From contig OZ240248.1 of the NCBI GenBank assembly GCA_965198235.1, forward strand, positions 2,944,001 to 3,008,000: DNA of 64,000 bases. Direction: 5' to 3'. Below, one piece after another: positions 9,712-20,712 of this stretch. The notes beneath the pieces are model-generated. The model saw only the letters and a program-made list of their open reading frames with translations. It was not told the DNA's origin and made no database searches. Within the stretch, counting starts at the first letter, position 1. Every line of letters starts with the position of its first letter. The DNA is from Candidatus Poribacteria bacterium. Lineage in GTDB: Bacteria; Poribacteria; WGA-4E; WGA-3G. The translations under genes were made by a program, and so were the position numbers.

Positions 9712-12700
9712 TTACGCTTTTACGCTTTTACGTTGAAAACCAGCTAACCAACTTAATTCGACAATGTAGTACAACACCGGTAAGACGATAAGCGTCAAGA
9801 ACGTCGCTGTTATCATCCCGCCGCTGATGACGATTGCAAGCGGCTTCTGAAGTTCTGCCCCGGAACCGTGCGCAAGCGCAAGGGGCAGCATCCCTAATCC
9901 TGTGGTTAAAGCCGTCATTAACACCGGACTAATGCGCTCTTCGGCACCCTTCATCACGGCATCATAGAGCGACATTCCTTCTGAACGCAGCGTATTGATG
10001 TGTGTCACCAAAATAATTCCGTTTCGCACAGCAATACCGAATAGCAGAATGAAACCTACCATTGACGGAATACTCAACACACCGCCGGTCAGGAAAATAC
10101 TGATAACACCACCGATTAACGCCAACGGCAGATTGAGCATCACCAACAATGAAAGCCGAAATGAACCCATCGCCAGAAACAACAGAACACAGATGCCGAT
10201 TAGAACAAAACCCGTCTGAATCAGAATCCTTTTTTGCGCCGCCTGTTGACTTTCAAACTGCCCGCCATAGGAAAGAAAATACGCTTCAGGCATGTCAATG
10301 CGTTCGTCAATCTCCCGCTGAACTTCTGCGATAAAGTTGCCGAGATCCCGATTTTGAACGTTACACTGAATGACGATACGCCGAGAAACGTTCTCACGAT
10401 TGATGGTATTTGGTCCATAACCATAACCAACATCGGCAACCTGTTTTAGCGGGACGAATGCGCCTGACGGGGTTCGGATTTTTAAACTTTCGACGGCTTC
10501 AGCTGTGTTGACGAGCGTCGGATCTACTCGAATTAAAAGGGTATATTGGCGTTGTCCTTGGATGATCTGACTGACCGGTTCCCCTTTGAATGCAGTTTCT
10601 GCAAAATGCGTCACGTCTTCAACCCGTAAGCCGTAGCGCGCTGCTTCGAGCCGTTTAACCTGGATCTGAAGTTGCTCCACCTGCACTTGCTGTTCCACCT
10701 GTAAATCCGCTACGCCTTCAATTTCCGAGATGACCGTCCGAATTTCCTCCGCCTTTGCCCTAAGTGTGTCGAGATCCGTCCCGAACAATTTCAGTGCTAC
10801 CTGTGCATTGACCCCTGACAAAAGATGGTCGAGACGATGCTGAATCGGTTGACCGACAGATACCAGCACACCCGGAAAGTTTTCAGGAGACAGCAACTCA
10901 CGGACTTCAGAGAGAAGTTCTGCTCGCGTTTTCTCTCGTTCATCAGGCGGGATAAAGTTCACAAGGATCTCATGTGTGTTTACGTCGTGGGCATGCTCAT
11001 CTGCCTCTGCGCGCCCAGTGCGGCTGCTCACACTCGTTACTTCTGAAATCGTCAGAAGCCTCATTTCCATCTCTCTGCCGATACGCGTTGATTCTCCCAA
11101 CGAGGTTCCTGGTGGTGAAAAGACACTAATAATAAACGTGGCTTCATCCATTACAGGCAAGAATTCACGCCCCAAACGAGGAATCGCTGCCACAGTCAAC
11201 ACCACCAGCAGTAATGCCAACGCTACAATACCCCAACGCAGTCGCATGACCCAAACCAGTAGGGGACGATAGGCACGTTTAATCCATACAACCACGGGAC
11301 TCTCTTTCGAAAGACGGGGTTCCGACTCAGACCCATCCGATGGACGCGACCTTTGGAAACGCGTCAATAGCAAGTCACTTAACACTGGAACGACTGTGAG
11401 CGCAACGAGTAGCGACGCTGCCATTGAAATAACAACAGCCCAGCCAAGTGGACGGAACATTCTGCCCTCCATACCACTAAGGCTGAACAGCGGCACAAAA
11501 ACGAGGATAATAATCAACGTTGCAAAAACAATTGATGCTCGAATCTCCTCACTCGCTCGCGTTACAACCTCCGACGGCGTTTCTTCAGGTTCCGCGCCCG
11601 TCCAACGAAGACGAAAATACTCTTGCAATCGTCGGAAAATGTTTTCGACGTAAACAATCGCGTCGTCAACCACCATTCCAACCGCAATCGCCAAACCGGC
11701 GAGCGTCATGATGTTGAGGGTCCCACCCTGAAAAAGAAGAGCAATAACGGCTATAATCAGGGACAATGGGATCGCAGTCAAGGTAATCAGCGCGGTGCGA
11801 ATGTTGAAGAGAAAAATAGCCAGAACAATAACAACCAGAATCGCACCATCGCGCAGGGCATCTTTAACGGTGTCAACAGCACGACGAATTAGGTCTGCTT
11901 GGGCGTATTCAATTTTAATCTTTACACCTTCAGGCATTGACTGCTCCAGTGATTTCAACACGGATGTCACTTTGTCATTCAGGTTCATCGTGTTGACACC
12001 GGGTTGCTTGACCACCTTGCCCAAGACGGTTTCTTTTCCATTGTGACTCCCCGCGCCACGTCGGATTTCTGGAAGCGATCCGATTTTCACCGTCGCAACA
12101 TCCTTAACAAGAATCGGTCTGCCGTGTCTTCGCACATTAACAACGACGTTTTCAATGTCAGAAACCGAAGAAATCCGTCCTAATCCCCGAATCATCAACT
12201 CGCGAGCGTCTTTGATGAGGAAACCGCCTGCGGAGTTTTCGTTGCTCTTCTCAAGGGCAGTGGCAACGTCCTCAAGTGAAAGATTATGGCTTATCAACCG
12301 CTCAGGATTGACGAAAACTTGGAATTGCTTTACGTAGCCGCCGATGTTGATCACATTGGCAATACCGCCCTGTGATTGCAGCTGGTAGCGAATCACCCAA
12401 TCTGCGAGGTCTCGCATTTCCATCTCGTCAAATTCCCCTGTTTCATCAACGAGGGCGTATTCCATAATCTCACCCAAGAGAGAGGAAGTCGGCAAGATAA
12501 TTGGCGCGTCAACACCCTCGGGCAAAGTCGGGGCAACCAGTTGAAGCCGCTCAGAGACCATCTGTCGCGCAAGAAATACATCCGTCCCCCAGTCAAATTC
12601 AACAAACACGAGCGACAAACCAATTGCAGAGGAAGATCGGACCCGTGTGACATAGGGTGCACCGTTCATCGAACTCTCAATAGGTAACGTAACCAAGGTT

Positions 12701-12885
12701 TCCATCTCTTCAGGCGACCATCCGTGTGCCTCAGTGAGTATGGTAATACGAGGCGGATTGATGTCAGGATAAACATCAATCGGTGCCGATTGAAACATCC
12801 TGAATCCAATGATGACTACCGCAACCATACAAGCAAGCGTCAGGAGTCTATTTTTGAGAGAAATCTCGGTGATTTTCGACCACAT
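9712..12885 (-). CDS. czcA: CusA/CzcA-family heavy-metal RND efflux permease
   Basis: 1057 aa; IDVYPDI, GMVVDDAIVYVENI, EGRMFRPL, RPVLMTAL-like and QKPLAIV motifs; EHAHD metal-binding-like segment. Confidence 0.92.
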   Translation of the reverse strand: MWSKITEISLKNRLLTLACMVAVVIIGFRMFQSAPIDVYPDINPPRITILTEAHGWSPEEMETLVTLPIESSMNGAPYVTRVRSSSAIGLSLVFVEFDWGTDVFLARQMVSERLQLVAPTLPEGVDAPIILPTSSLLGEIMEYALVDETGEFDEMEMRDLADWVIRYQLQSQGGIANVINIGGYVKQFQVFVNPERLISHNLSLEDVATALEKSNENSAGGFLIKDARELMIRGLGRISSVSDIENVVVNVRRHGRPILVKDVATVKIGSLPEIRRGAGSHNGKETVLGKVVKQPGVNTMNLNDKVTSVLKSLEQSMPEGVKIKIEYAQADLIRRAVDTVKDALRDGAILVVIVLAIFLFNIRTALITLTAIPLSLIIAVIALLFQGGTLNIMTLAGLAIAVGMVVDDAIVYVENIFRRLQEYFRLRWTGAEPEETPSEVVTRASEEIRASIVFATLIIILVFVPLFSLSGMEGRMFRPLGWAVVISMAASLLVALTVVPVLSDLLLTRFQRSRPSDGSESEPRLSKESPVVVWIKRAYRPLLVWVMRLRWGIVALALLLVVLTVAAIPRLGREFLPVMDEATFIISVFSPPGTSLGESTRIGREMEMRLLTISEVTSVSSRTGRAEADEHAHDVNTHEILVNFIPPDEREKTRAELLSEVRELLSPENFPGVLVSVGQPIQHRLDHLLSGVNAQVALKLFGTDLDTLRAKAEEIRTVISEIEGVADLQVEQQVQVEQLQIQVKRLEAARYGLRVEDVTHFAETAFKGEPVSQIIQGQRQYTLLIRVDPTLVNTAEAVESLKIRTPSGAFVPLKQVADVGYGYGPNTINRENVSRRIVIQCNVQNRDLGNFIAEVQREIDERIDMPEAYFLSYGGQFESQQAAQKRILIQTGFVLIGICVLLFLAMGSFRLSLLVMLNLPLALIGGVISIFLTGGVLSIPSMVGFILLFGIAVRNGIILVTHINTLRSEGMSLYDAVMKGAEERISPVLMTALTTGLGMLPLALAHGSGAELQKPLAIVISGGMITATFLTLIVLPVLYYIVELSWLAGFQRKSVKA

Positions 12886-12998
12886 TTTTTAATCTTCCTC
12901 CGTTCAGATTTTTAAACTATGGGAAATAGCAACTGCCACAACGATCTACTGACAACCGACAACCGATAGTTCTCACTGCGAAGCAAGCCAATAAAACC

Positions 12999-14861
12999 CT
13001 AATGCGGATGTCCATGGTCACCCATCACTTCGGAGACATCCGCTGTTGCTCTCAGCAACTGATGTTGCCCCTGCACCACTACATACTCCTCTGGAAACAA
13101 ACCTTCTCTGATTTCGACATACCGGTCATCTCTGGCACCCACCACAACTTCCTGCTTAGTGTAAGTCTCTCCGAATTCGACAAAAACAAATCGGCTGCCT
13201 CCGTCTTCAAGCACGGCGTTCAGCGGGACACTCAAGACCTCGGCTCCTTTTTCCAAGACAATTGTCTGTTCAGCAAACATCCCCGGTTTGAGTTTATGCG
13301 TCGGATTGTTGACTTCCGCCCAAAAGTGGACGGTACGTTCCTCTGGGTTCATAACACCTGAGATATGTGAAATTCTTCCCGTGAAAATTGTTTCTGGGTA
13401 AGCAGAGGCGCGGACGCGAACCTCACTACCTATCTGCCACTTGTCCTGAAGGCGGACAAGCGCGTCCTCATGAACCTCACCTTCAACCCAGACGAGGTCG
13501 GTGTCGAGTATTGAGAAAAGCATATTGCTTTTTTCAACCGTCGTACCGAGTGTCACATGTTGCTTAATGATTTGCCCAGAAGCAGGTGCCGTGACATAGA
13601 ATATTGGAGAGAGTTCCCCTTCTTGAACAACCTTGTCTATATCAGCGAGCGTCAATCCAGACACCTGAAGTTTCTGCCGAACCTTGTTTAAAGTGATGCT
13701 GGCACTACGAAGTGCTTCTTCGAGTTGGAGCACTCCCTCAAGTGCCTCTGAACTCTCCACAAACGCAAGGTAATTTTCAATCAGTTCATCGGTGGACAAA
13801 TCGTTGAAAGGGACAATAGCCTTGGTCTTAGCCAAGTTCTCAAGAAGCGTTTCAGTGAGACCGGCAGCCAAGGCGCGTTGTTTGTTTGCTGCGACCTTGA
13901 TAGCAGCGATTTTGTATGTTGCTTCTGCATCAACCAACGCTGTTCCTTCTCCACTAAGCATCGAGTATTTTTCCAGTAAGACTTCTGCGTCCAATTCGTT
14001 GGCATTTAATAGTGAGAGGATTGCGGTTTCCCCGCTGTCGTGAAAGATTTTTTCCAGCGTCTGCTCGCTGACATCGAGGATTTGGAATTGCCGCTTCGCA
14101 TTTGCCAGTTCACTCCGTCCTTTTCTGTGTGCTGCCTGTTGAGCAATAAGTTCTTTCTGTGCCGAGATACGCTTTTCTGTGAGGGCTTCGGTTCTCTTGA
14201 GCGTAGTCTTTAGCAACCGGAGTTCAACGTCGGCTTTAACCAATCTAAACCGCATCTGTTCCAAAGCCGAGATAACCTTCGTTATAGCAAGTGCTTTGCG
14301 TTTTTCAATGGCTGTCTGTAACTCTTGCAGTTCGGAAAGCGATTGCAAGTAGTCGATTTGACGGGTCTGCAATTCACGCCGAATTTGCTTGGCGAAAACC
14401 TCTGTCAGCCTCACCAATTTGGATTCCAACGATTTCTTTTGCGCGACCGCTTCAATCATTTCAATCTGCGCCATTTGCAAGTCAAGACTCTCCAGTTCAA
14501 GTAGTAAATCGCCTTTTTTGATAAATTCACCAACACTGGAATGGATACATTTCACGATACCACCGATCCTTGGCGTGACAATTGCCTGCCGCCCAGGATG
14601 GGCTACTATGTTGCCGTGAACGTGCACAATCGTCTCAATTGCGCGAACATCGACTTCAGCGGTCCTCAAACCGATATTGGCTTTTGCTTTATCAGTGAGC
14701 GTTACCGTCTTTTCTTGGCTGTGCGTGTGATTAGTGTTATCGTCCTGCACTTGTGTATTTTCCGCCCAAGTTAATGTAGAAGTAAGGTTTAGAGGAACCA
14801 AGCCTCCTACCCCAATAACAAAAATAGCAAAAAATAGCGAAAAATGAGCGTAACGTAACAT
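12999..14861 (-). CDS. czcB: CzcB/CusB-type RND periplasmic adaptor with greatly extended helical hairpin
   Basis: IVTPRIGG lipoyl half, APASG, VWVEGEVHE, LKPGMF and VSVP motifs; His-rich ends; AGGAGA SD before ATG 14861. Confidence 0.88.
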   Translation of the reverse strand: MLRYAHFSLFFAIFVIGVGGLVPLNLTSTLTWAENTQVQDDNTNHTHSQEKTVTLTDKAKANIGLRTAEVDVRAIETIVHVHGNIVAHPGRQAIVTPRIGGIVKCIHSSVGEFIKKGDLLLELESLDLQMAQIEMIEAVAQKKSLESKLVRLTEVFAKQIRRELQTRQIDYLQSLSELQELQTAIEKRKALAITKVISALEQMRFRLVKADVELRLLKTTLKRTEALTEKRISAQKELIAQQAAHRKGRSELANAKRQFQILDVSEQTLEKIFHDSGETAILSLLNANELDAEVLLEKYSMLSGEGTALVDAEATYKIAAIKVAANKQRALAAGLTETLLENLAKTKAIVPFNDLSTDELIENYLAFVESSEALEGVLQLEEALRSASITLNKVRQKLQVSGLTLADIDKVVQEGELSPIFYVTAPASGQIIKQHVTLGTTVEKSNMLFSILDTDLVWVEGEVHEDALVRLQDKWQIGSEVRVRASAYPETIFTGRISHISGVMNPEERTVHFWAEVNNPTHKLKPGMFAEQTIVLEKGAEVLSVPLNAVLEDGGSRFVFVEFGETYTKQEVVVGARDDRYVEIREGLFPEEYVVVQGQHQLLRATADVSEVMGDHGHPH

Positions 14862-14931
14862 TTTGATTTCTCCTTGTATTGTCCGAATCGTAGGTACATG
14901 CTGCATAACGTCAACCTATCCCACCGCGCTT

Positions 14932-16248
14932 CTACGGCAGCAATTCGACGGGTGTGTCTATACTGGCTTCGAGTTGAGCCAGTGCCTTGTAGTACGCCGC
15001 GAGTACTTCAAGGTAAGCAAATCGCATTTCGACAAATTCGTTCTGCATCAAAATAACCTCCAAAAGTTTTGCCTCACCCAATTCGTAGGCAGTCCGCGTC
15101 AGTTTGAGATTTTCATTGAGCAATTTCACTGAATCACCTTCATAAAACTTAAGCGTTTTTTGCGCCGTTTTCAGGGAGAGAAACGCTGCCATCACCTCTC
15201 GGCTAATTTGTCGCTCTTGACTGCTGATTTCGATGGCGTCTACCTGCTGTTGCGCTTTTGCTGCATTAATCTCAGCACGATTCCGATCGAAGAATGGCAA
15301 TGGAATCGTAAATTTTACGCCAAGCGTGTTCTTACCTCCGCCGCGTTGGGCAAGTGCTCCGACACTCAAGTCGGGGATGTTTGCCGCTTTTGCGAGTCGA
15401 AGTTCGTTTTCAGTCAACGCCGCGTTTAATTGAACCGACTTCAGGTCGTTGCGACGCGCGAGTGCATGTGTCTTCAAGACATCAAGCGTCAATTTTGAAG
15501 ATACATCTGGCGATATGTTTGACGTAGCTTGCAACTCAAAACTTGCTGCTGAAAGGTCAGACAAACCTCCGACGGCAATACGCGCCGTTTCAAGCGGCAT
15601 GCCCATTAAGGCGTTCAGTTCAAGTTGTGCCAGCTGCAATTCACCTTCTAACTTTACCGCTTCGCGCAGTGCCGATTGTAGCCGAATATTTGCCAAATTT
15701 GCTTGTGTTACCGAAATATCGCCAGCCTCAAACCGAAACTGAGCAATGTCGGACATCTGTTCGCTGTGTTGGATAACCTCTTTAACTAACTTAAGTTTTT
15801 CTTGGACAAGTGCCAACTCATAAAAAGCTATTTTTACCAATTTCGTAAGCAGGCGGGAGGCTTCGGCAAGTTCAGCGTTTACCTTTTCAAGATGGATCTT
15901 CGCAATTCGCCTTTGATGTCCTCGCTGTCCGCCGAGCTGAAACGATTGGGTGAGTTCGAGTCCCTGATCGCCGTCTATCCCTCCAGCGAATTCGGTTTCC
16001 AATTCGGGGTTACCAAGCAACGCGATGCCCTCAATTCGAGCGCGGGCAACTTTAAGTTTTTCACGAATCACGTTGAGTTCCGGGTTTTCGCGCATTGCTG
16101 TCTGGATTGCAACTTCAAGCGAAACCTGCCCTTCCTCATTTGAAAAGGCTTCATTTGAAAAGGCAGACGGCATTTGCCACATGCTTAATGCTAACAGACA
16201 AATTATGCCTATCATGAAGATGGGGTTGAATGTGAGTTTCGTACGCAA
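14932..16248 (-). CDS. czcC: TolC/CzcC-family outer membrane efflux protein
   Basis: NPEL, RFEAGDIS, IPLPFFDRN, AYELGEAKLLEV motifs; GGAGGAG SD before TTG 16248 (start inferred). Confidence 0.88.
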   Translation of the reverse strand: MRTKLTFNPIFMIGIICLLALSMWQMPSAFSNEAFSNEEGQVSLEVAIQTAMRENPELNVIREKLKVARARIEGIALLGNPELETEFAGGIDGDQGLELTQSFQLGGQRGHQRRIAKIHLEKVNAELAEASRLLTKLVKIAFYELALVQEKLKLVKEVIQHSEQMSDIAQFRFEAGDISVTQANLANIRLQSALREAVKLEGELQLAQLELNALMGMPLETARIAVGGLSDLSAASFELQATSNISPDVSSKLTLDVLKTHALARRNDLKSVQLNAALTENELRLAKAANIPDLSVGALAQRGGGKNTLGVKFTIPLPFFDRNRAEINAAKAQQQVDAIEISSQERQISREVMAAFLSLKTAQKTLKFYEGDSVKLLNENLKLTRTAYELGEAKLLEVILMQNEFVEMRFAYLEVLAAYYKALAQLEASIDTPVELLP

Positions 16249-16470
16249 TGCTCTCCTCCATGTAAAATAAACGATCTCTTGTATATGACGACTCCGCTCG
16301 ATTTTGTCCTGCTTCGCAGTGAGAACCAAACAAAACCTGCTAAATATAACCGTGTGCACTTACAATAGTCGGTGCTGGGTTAAAATACTCGCAAATCAGT
16401 GGGAGTTAGTGCTTAACTCTCAATCACACGAGGGCGATGAAAGCTGTACATCAATAGAACGGGTTAGGGT

Positions 16471-16920
16471 TTAAATGAGGAGTGTGGTAGTCCGAAGAGA
16501 TGCGAGAGTAGGGTCTACTACTGATGGGATATCCAGAAGAGGGGTATGTGTTAGAAGCGTGGAACCATTTGCCCGGTATGCTATGAGTGTAGCTACGGGA
16601 GCAGGTGGGTGTATTAACGCATCTTGGACTGGAACAAGATACGATTCGATGTCTAAAGAGACAAAGATAGCGAGATCAAGGCACGAGCCGCAGTGATTCT
16701 CTCCGGGGGTAACCGCAGTGATCACAACCTCTGTGTGCCCTTCGTCAAGGTTGTACGCGTCAGCGCATCGTCCATTGACTGCGATTTCAAATTCGACGTG
16801 TCCATCCGTGCCAATGCACAAAACATAGTTGGACAGCTGCATCGGAACTATGGAAAGATAAATGAGTAGCCAAATCAGAGGGATGGCAGTCCTCTTTTTA
16901 TTTCCTGAAATAAATTCCAT
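16471..16920 (-). CDS. Cys/His-containing membrane-anchored protein heading the czc operon
   Basis: TM helix followed by LCIGTDGHVEFE...C...HCGSCLD; position as first gene of the metal efflux operon. Confidence 0.7.
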   Translation of the reverse strand: MEFISGNKKRTAIPLIWLLIYLSIVPMQLSNYVLCIGTDGHVEFEIAVNGRCADAYNLDEGHTEVVITAVTPGENHCGSCLDLAIFVSLDIESYLVPVQDALIHPPAPVATLIAYRANGSTLLTHTPLLDIPSVVDPTLASLRTTTLLI

Positions 16921-17217
16921 TTTTCTCTTCCAAAAAGTGATATAAGGCTTTAAACGCATCCAGTTGACTGTCTGTTCAAATACTTTTTATTTAGTATACA
17001 CGACTTTTTCAAAAAGTTCAAGAAAAAAGAGAAAGTCGGAATCACTCGACTACGCTAATGCCCTAAGCACGATAGTCACATCGCACAGATACACGAAATT
17101 CCTTGCAAAATTAATGGAAACTATGTTAAGATTTAAAAATAAAAGCGTCGCGTATAGCGCGCGCTTACGAACCATAGATTGCGCTTACAAAGCGCACAGT
17201 AAAATGAGGAGATACAA

Positions 17218-18150
17218 ATGATGAAGAAGATGTTTTGGGCACTGGTGCTGTCGGTTCTATGCGTTACCATCAGCTATGGACAATATAATGGAGAATGTTG
17301 GGTAGTCAGCAAAGGAGATACAGTTTATAAATTATATGCCGATGGAAACGCTGATCCACAGGTTATTCCAAATTTACCGCAAGCAAGTGCTGCCGAAGTG
17401 AATCCGGCAGATGGCGTTGTCTGGATCGCAGTCTCAGCAGCAAATACTGTTTATCGCTATAATCCAAACAGCGGAGATTTTCTCGCGATTCCGGATATCA
17501 CTCGTCCGAATATGGTATCTATTAATCCTGCCGATGGTTCCGCGTGGATCGCGGGGCTTGATGCTGTTAAAAAAGTATCCGGTGATGGTACCCAAGTTGT
17601 CGCTACAATACCCGCCCATGAACCCGCAGTGGCGGTGAATCCTAAGGACGGATCGGTGTGGATAACAAACGCCCGAGGTCCAATTGCACGTTACGATGCG
17701 GTAGGAAACAAAATAGTTGACGCTCAAAATATGGGCGAACCCAAAGGGGTGACCGTTGACTACGAGGGTAATGCTTGGATCGCCGACAGTCAGTATAGTG
17801 TACTCAGACGGGTCTCACCGACTGGACAGACACTCGTAGAAATTACCGATATTCCGAATCCTACGTCACCCCGTGTCAATCCAATGGATGGGAGTGTTTG
17901 GGTCGTCTCACAACAATCAATGCTCATCAACTTGGGAGTGGATGGAACGAAAAAGGCCGAATTTCTTGCTGGGATGGCAATTGTGGCAATCAGTGTTTCG
18001 CCTTCAGATGGCGGTATTTGGATAGCGGACCTCCTTGGTGAGACATTCCAAGGCGAAATTAGTAAATGGACATCTGCCGGACAGCGACTCTTCAAAAACC
18101 CTATCCCTCAACCTTCCTCGGTTTCCGTTGGGTACTGGTCAGGAAACTAA
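17218..18150 (+). CDS. Secreted beta-propeller (NHL/SMP-30-like repeats)
   Basis: Signal peptide; about seven (V/I)NPxDGxxW(I/V) blades. Confidence 0.85.
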   Translation: MMKKMFWALVLSVLCVTISYGQYNGECWVVSKGDTVYKLYADGNADPQVIPNLPQASAAEVNPADGVVWIAVSAANTVYRYNPNSGDFLAIPDITRPNMVSINPADGSAWIAGLDAVKKVSGDGTQVVATIPAHEPAVAVNPKDGSVWITNARGPIARYDAVGNKIVDAQNMGEPKGVTVDYEGNAWIADSQYSVLRRVSPTGQTLVEITDIPNPTSPRVNPMDGSVWVVSQQSMLINLGVDGTKKAEFLAGMAIVAISVSPSDGGIWIADLLGETFQGEISKWTSAGQRLFKNPIPQPSSVSVGYWSGN

Positions 18151-18269
18151 TGTAGAATCGGTAGGAATTGAGTTGCCACGCTTGCTTGCTTCGTTGAAAG
18201 ATAAACCAAAATCTGGTTGTGGCACTCGCCGGAATAATAACAACTTCTTTGACAAATGTGAGGTGCATC

Positions 18270-20705
18270 ATGATTAGGTATCCTCGTTTGACGCAGCGCG
18301 TAGGTTTCCGAAATCTACTGTTAAGATTGACAATCGGAATGTTTGTTATTGCCTTCTTTGCGACAAGTGGATTCGCACAACTGCCAGACTTCCAGGTTGA
18401 CGCTGATAGTATCTCCTTTTCCAATCCAACACCGGTTGAAGGGGAAGAGATTACCATCTCAGTTGAGGTGAAGAATATTGGCGACGGAACACAAACGATG
18501 AACCAAGATCTGGTTGTTAACCTTTACGAGGCGGATCCGGCGACACAACCGCTCCAAATAGTCTGTAAGGATGTGATCTTGGAGTTAAAACAGGGAAAGA
18601 GCAAGCCGGTGAAAACACAGTGGCAACCCCCTCCCGGTAAGACCGAAATCTATGCCATCGTTAACCCAACCGGTGCAAAACACATTGAAGAAACGGACAT
18701 AGGAAACAACCTTACCCATGCGACGCTCGTCGTTGAGTCGCGGACGTTTCCACCTGTCACCCCTGAACAGATACAGAACGCGATAACGAAAGGCGTTGCT
18801 TGGATAGAAGCACAACAAGGAAAGCATAGCCGGACCTGCCTACAGTGTGGGACTGAAAACCAACTTATCTTAATCTGCATTATCTGCGGAGCAAGCCTAA
18901 AAGGGCTCGCTGAAAACTTCATTCCAGGCAAGTCTTGGAATTTTGGTGAAGATCAGACACAAGAAACAGCGTTGGCATTGCAAACGTTATTCGCAACAGG
19001 ACGGACGCCTTTGCACCCTCCAGTGCAAAAAGGCTTAGAGTTTCTCTTGGCGCGGAACTGGAACGAATTCGCTGTTTATCAATTTGCCGTGATTATTCCA
19101 GCCTTAGTCGCGACGCAAGATGCCGCATACAGAGAGCGTGCCCAGTTTGCTGTGAATCAATTAGTCAAAAAGCAGCTCCCTATCAGCGGCAGTGAGTTCA
19201 CAGACGAGCGCGATGATGGCGGTTGGGGATACGGTTATACTGCCGATGGCGCGCATATGAACATGGTTATCTACGCACTCTATGCTGCAAAGCAGTGGGG
19301 GCTTGATATTCCTCCTGACACATGGGTACGTGCCGAGCAGTGGATTCGTCGAAACCAAACTGAAACGGGGGGATGGCTCTACAATTTAGTTGATGACGGT
19401 TCGCCGTGGGCAATAGGGGTCTACGGAAGCATGACCGCAACTGGATTGTGGGCACTTCGTGCATGTGGCGTTCCTGCTGACGATCCGCAGATTCAGAAAG
19501 GCACCGGATGGGTCAAAAAGCATTGGACCTTAACCCGTAACCCTGGTTCTAACTCGTGGCTTTACTACTATCTACTTTCACTGCAACGGTTCTGCGACAT
19601 TCCCCCAACTTTAGATACACTTGCTGGTTACGATTGGTACGATGAAATCTCACGGATGATGGTCGCACAACAGGAATCTGATGGGAGATGGCGCGGATCT
19701 GAGAGCAATTTTTTGTCGACCTGTTTCGCCGTGATGTCCTTGAGTCATGCCTTGGTAGGTCCAACAGAGCCGAATATCGGGATTGTCCCACAAAGCCTCC
19801 GGTTCTCACCACCTACGCCACGCGTCGGCGAAGTGGTACGACTCAGTACAACCCTTCGGAATACGGGAACCCCTCTTGACGAAATTCTCAACGTCGGGTT
19901 TTATGTCGATAATGAGAAGGTTGCTACAACCGAAGTTCTTTGGACTCCGAAACTCGCAGAGACCGTCATTTCTGCCGATTGGGCACCTGCAATGGAAGGT
20001 CAGATAGAGTTTGTGGCACGCATAGACATCTCGGATGCAGACGAGAGTGATAATAGTGCTTCGGAAAAACTCACTGTCTTTCCACAATCCACTGCAGCAG
20101 CAGATGTCCAGTTAGCAAAACCGAAGCAAATTAGCGAAAATATTTATCAACTCGGCAACGTTGTTTTCGATACCAGTAAACGCGAGGTAACGGTGCCGGG
20201 TGAAATTAACATTGTAGGTGGAGATGCCAATATCGAATTCTTTGCCTGTGGTAAACTCGGCAAAACACATGAAAGCATTTTAATCGTTGATGCTGAACCG
20301 ATTTACATACTTACAGCACTCGGAGTTTTAGATTTTACACCCGGCATGAATCTCACGGTTGAAGGTGATCCGCGAACTCCTATGGGGGCACCTGTTGACA
20401 TCTGGGTAGAATGGAACCAAGGCGACGAGATAGTCTCGCGCCGCGCAAGAGAGTTAGTCTGGAATGCCTTTACGGAGCAGCCAATGCAAGAAACACTATG
20501 GGTCTTCACAGGTGGACGGCTTAAAAACAATCAATTCACTGCCCAGCTTTTCCACAACATTATCGCTGTCTATCGCGACCCAGATTCACTTTTTAACCAC
20601 CCCTTACCTACTGGCACCGATGATCGGACGTATCGTGTCAATACTGATGTAATCCCTCCTAAAGGCACAAAGATAAAACTCATCATCCGACCTACCACAG
20701 CTTAA
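18270..20705 (+). CDS. Secreted multidomain protein: CARDB - Zn ribbon - prenyltransferase/squalene-cyclase-like alpha barrel - CARDB - YdjY-like
   Basis: PDFQV..ISFSNPTPVEGE..EETDIGNN and ESDNSA (CARDB); CLQC..CIIC; Q..DGGWGY, QTETGGWLY, QESDGRW repeats; EFFAC..KTHES..WVFTGG..PPKGT C-terminal domain. Confidence 0.75.
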   Translation: MIRYPRLTQRVGFRNLLLRLTIGMFVIAFFATSGFAQLPDFQVDADSISFSNPTPVEGEEITISVEVKNIGDGTQTMNQDLVVNLYEADPATQPLQIVCKDVILELKQGKSKPVKTQWQPPPGKTEIYAIVNPTGAKHIEETDIGNNLTHATLVVESRTFPPVTPEQIQNAITKGVAWIEAQQGKHSRTCLQCGTENQLILICIICGASLKGLAENFIPGKSWNFGEDQTQETALALQTLFATGRTPLHPPVQKGLEFLLARNWNEFAVYQFAVIIPALVATQDAAYRERAQFAVNQLVKKQLPISGSEFTDERDDGGWGYGYTADGAHMNMVIYALYAAKQWGLDIPPDTWVRAEQWIRRNQTETGGWLYNLVDDGSPWAIGVYGSMTATGLWALRACGVPADDPQIQKGTGWVKKHWTLTRNPGSNSWLYYYLLSLQRFCDIPPTLDTLAGYDWYDEISRMMVAQQESDGRWRGSESNFLSTCFAVMSLSHALVGPTEPNIGIVPQSLRFSPPTPRVGEVVRLSTTLRNTGTPLDEILNVGFYVDNEKVATTEVLWTPKLAETVISADWAPAMEGQIEFVARIDISDADESDNSASEKLTVFPQSTAAADVQLAKPKQISENIYQLGNVVFDTSKREVTVPGEINIVGGDANIEFFACGKLGKTHESILIVDAEPIYILTALGVLDFTPGMNLTVEGDPRTPMGAPVDIWVEWNQGDEIVSRRARELVWNAFTEQPMQETLWVFTGGRLKNNQFTAQLFHNIIAVYRDPDSLFNHPLPTGTDDRTYRVNTDVIPPKGTKIKLIIRPTTA

Positions 20706-20712
20706 AGGAAAA

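Noticed and set aside
18270-20705. Squalene-hopene cyclase or alpha-2-macroglobulin
   Set aside because: No DxDD or CxEQ motif; single barrel flanked by CARDB domains
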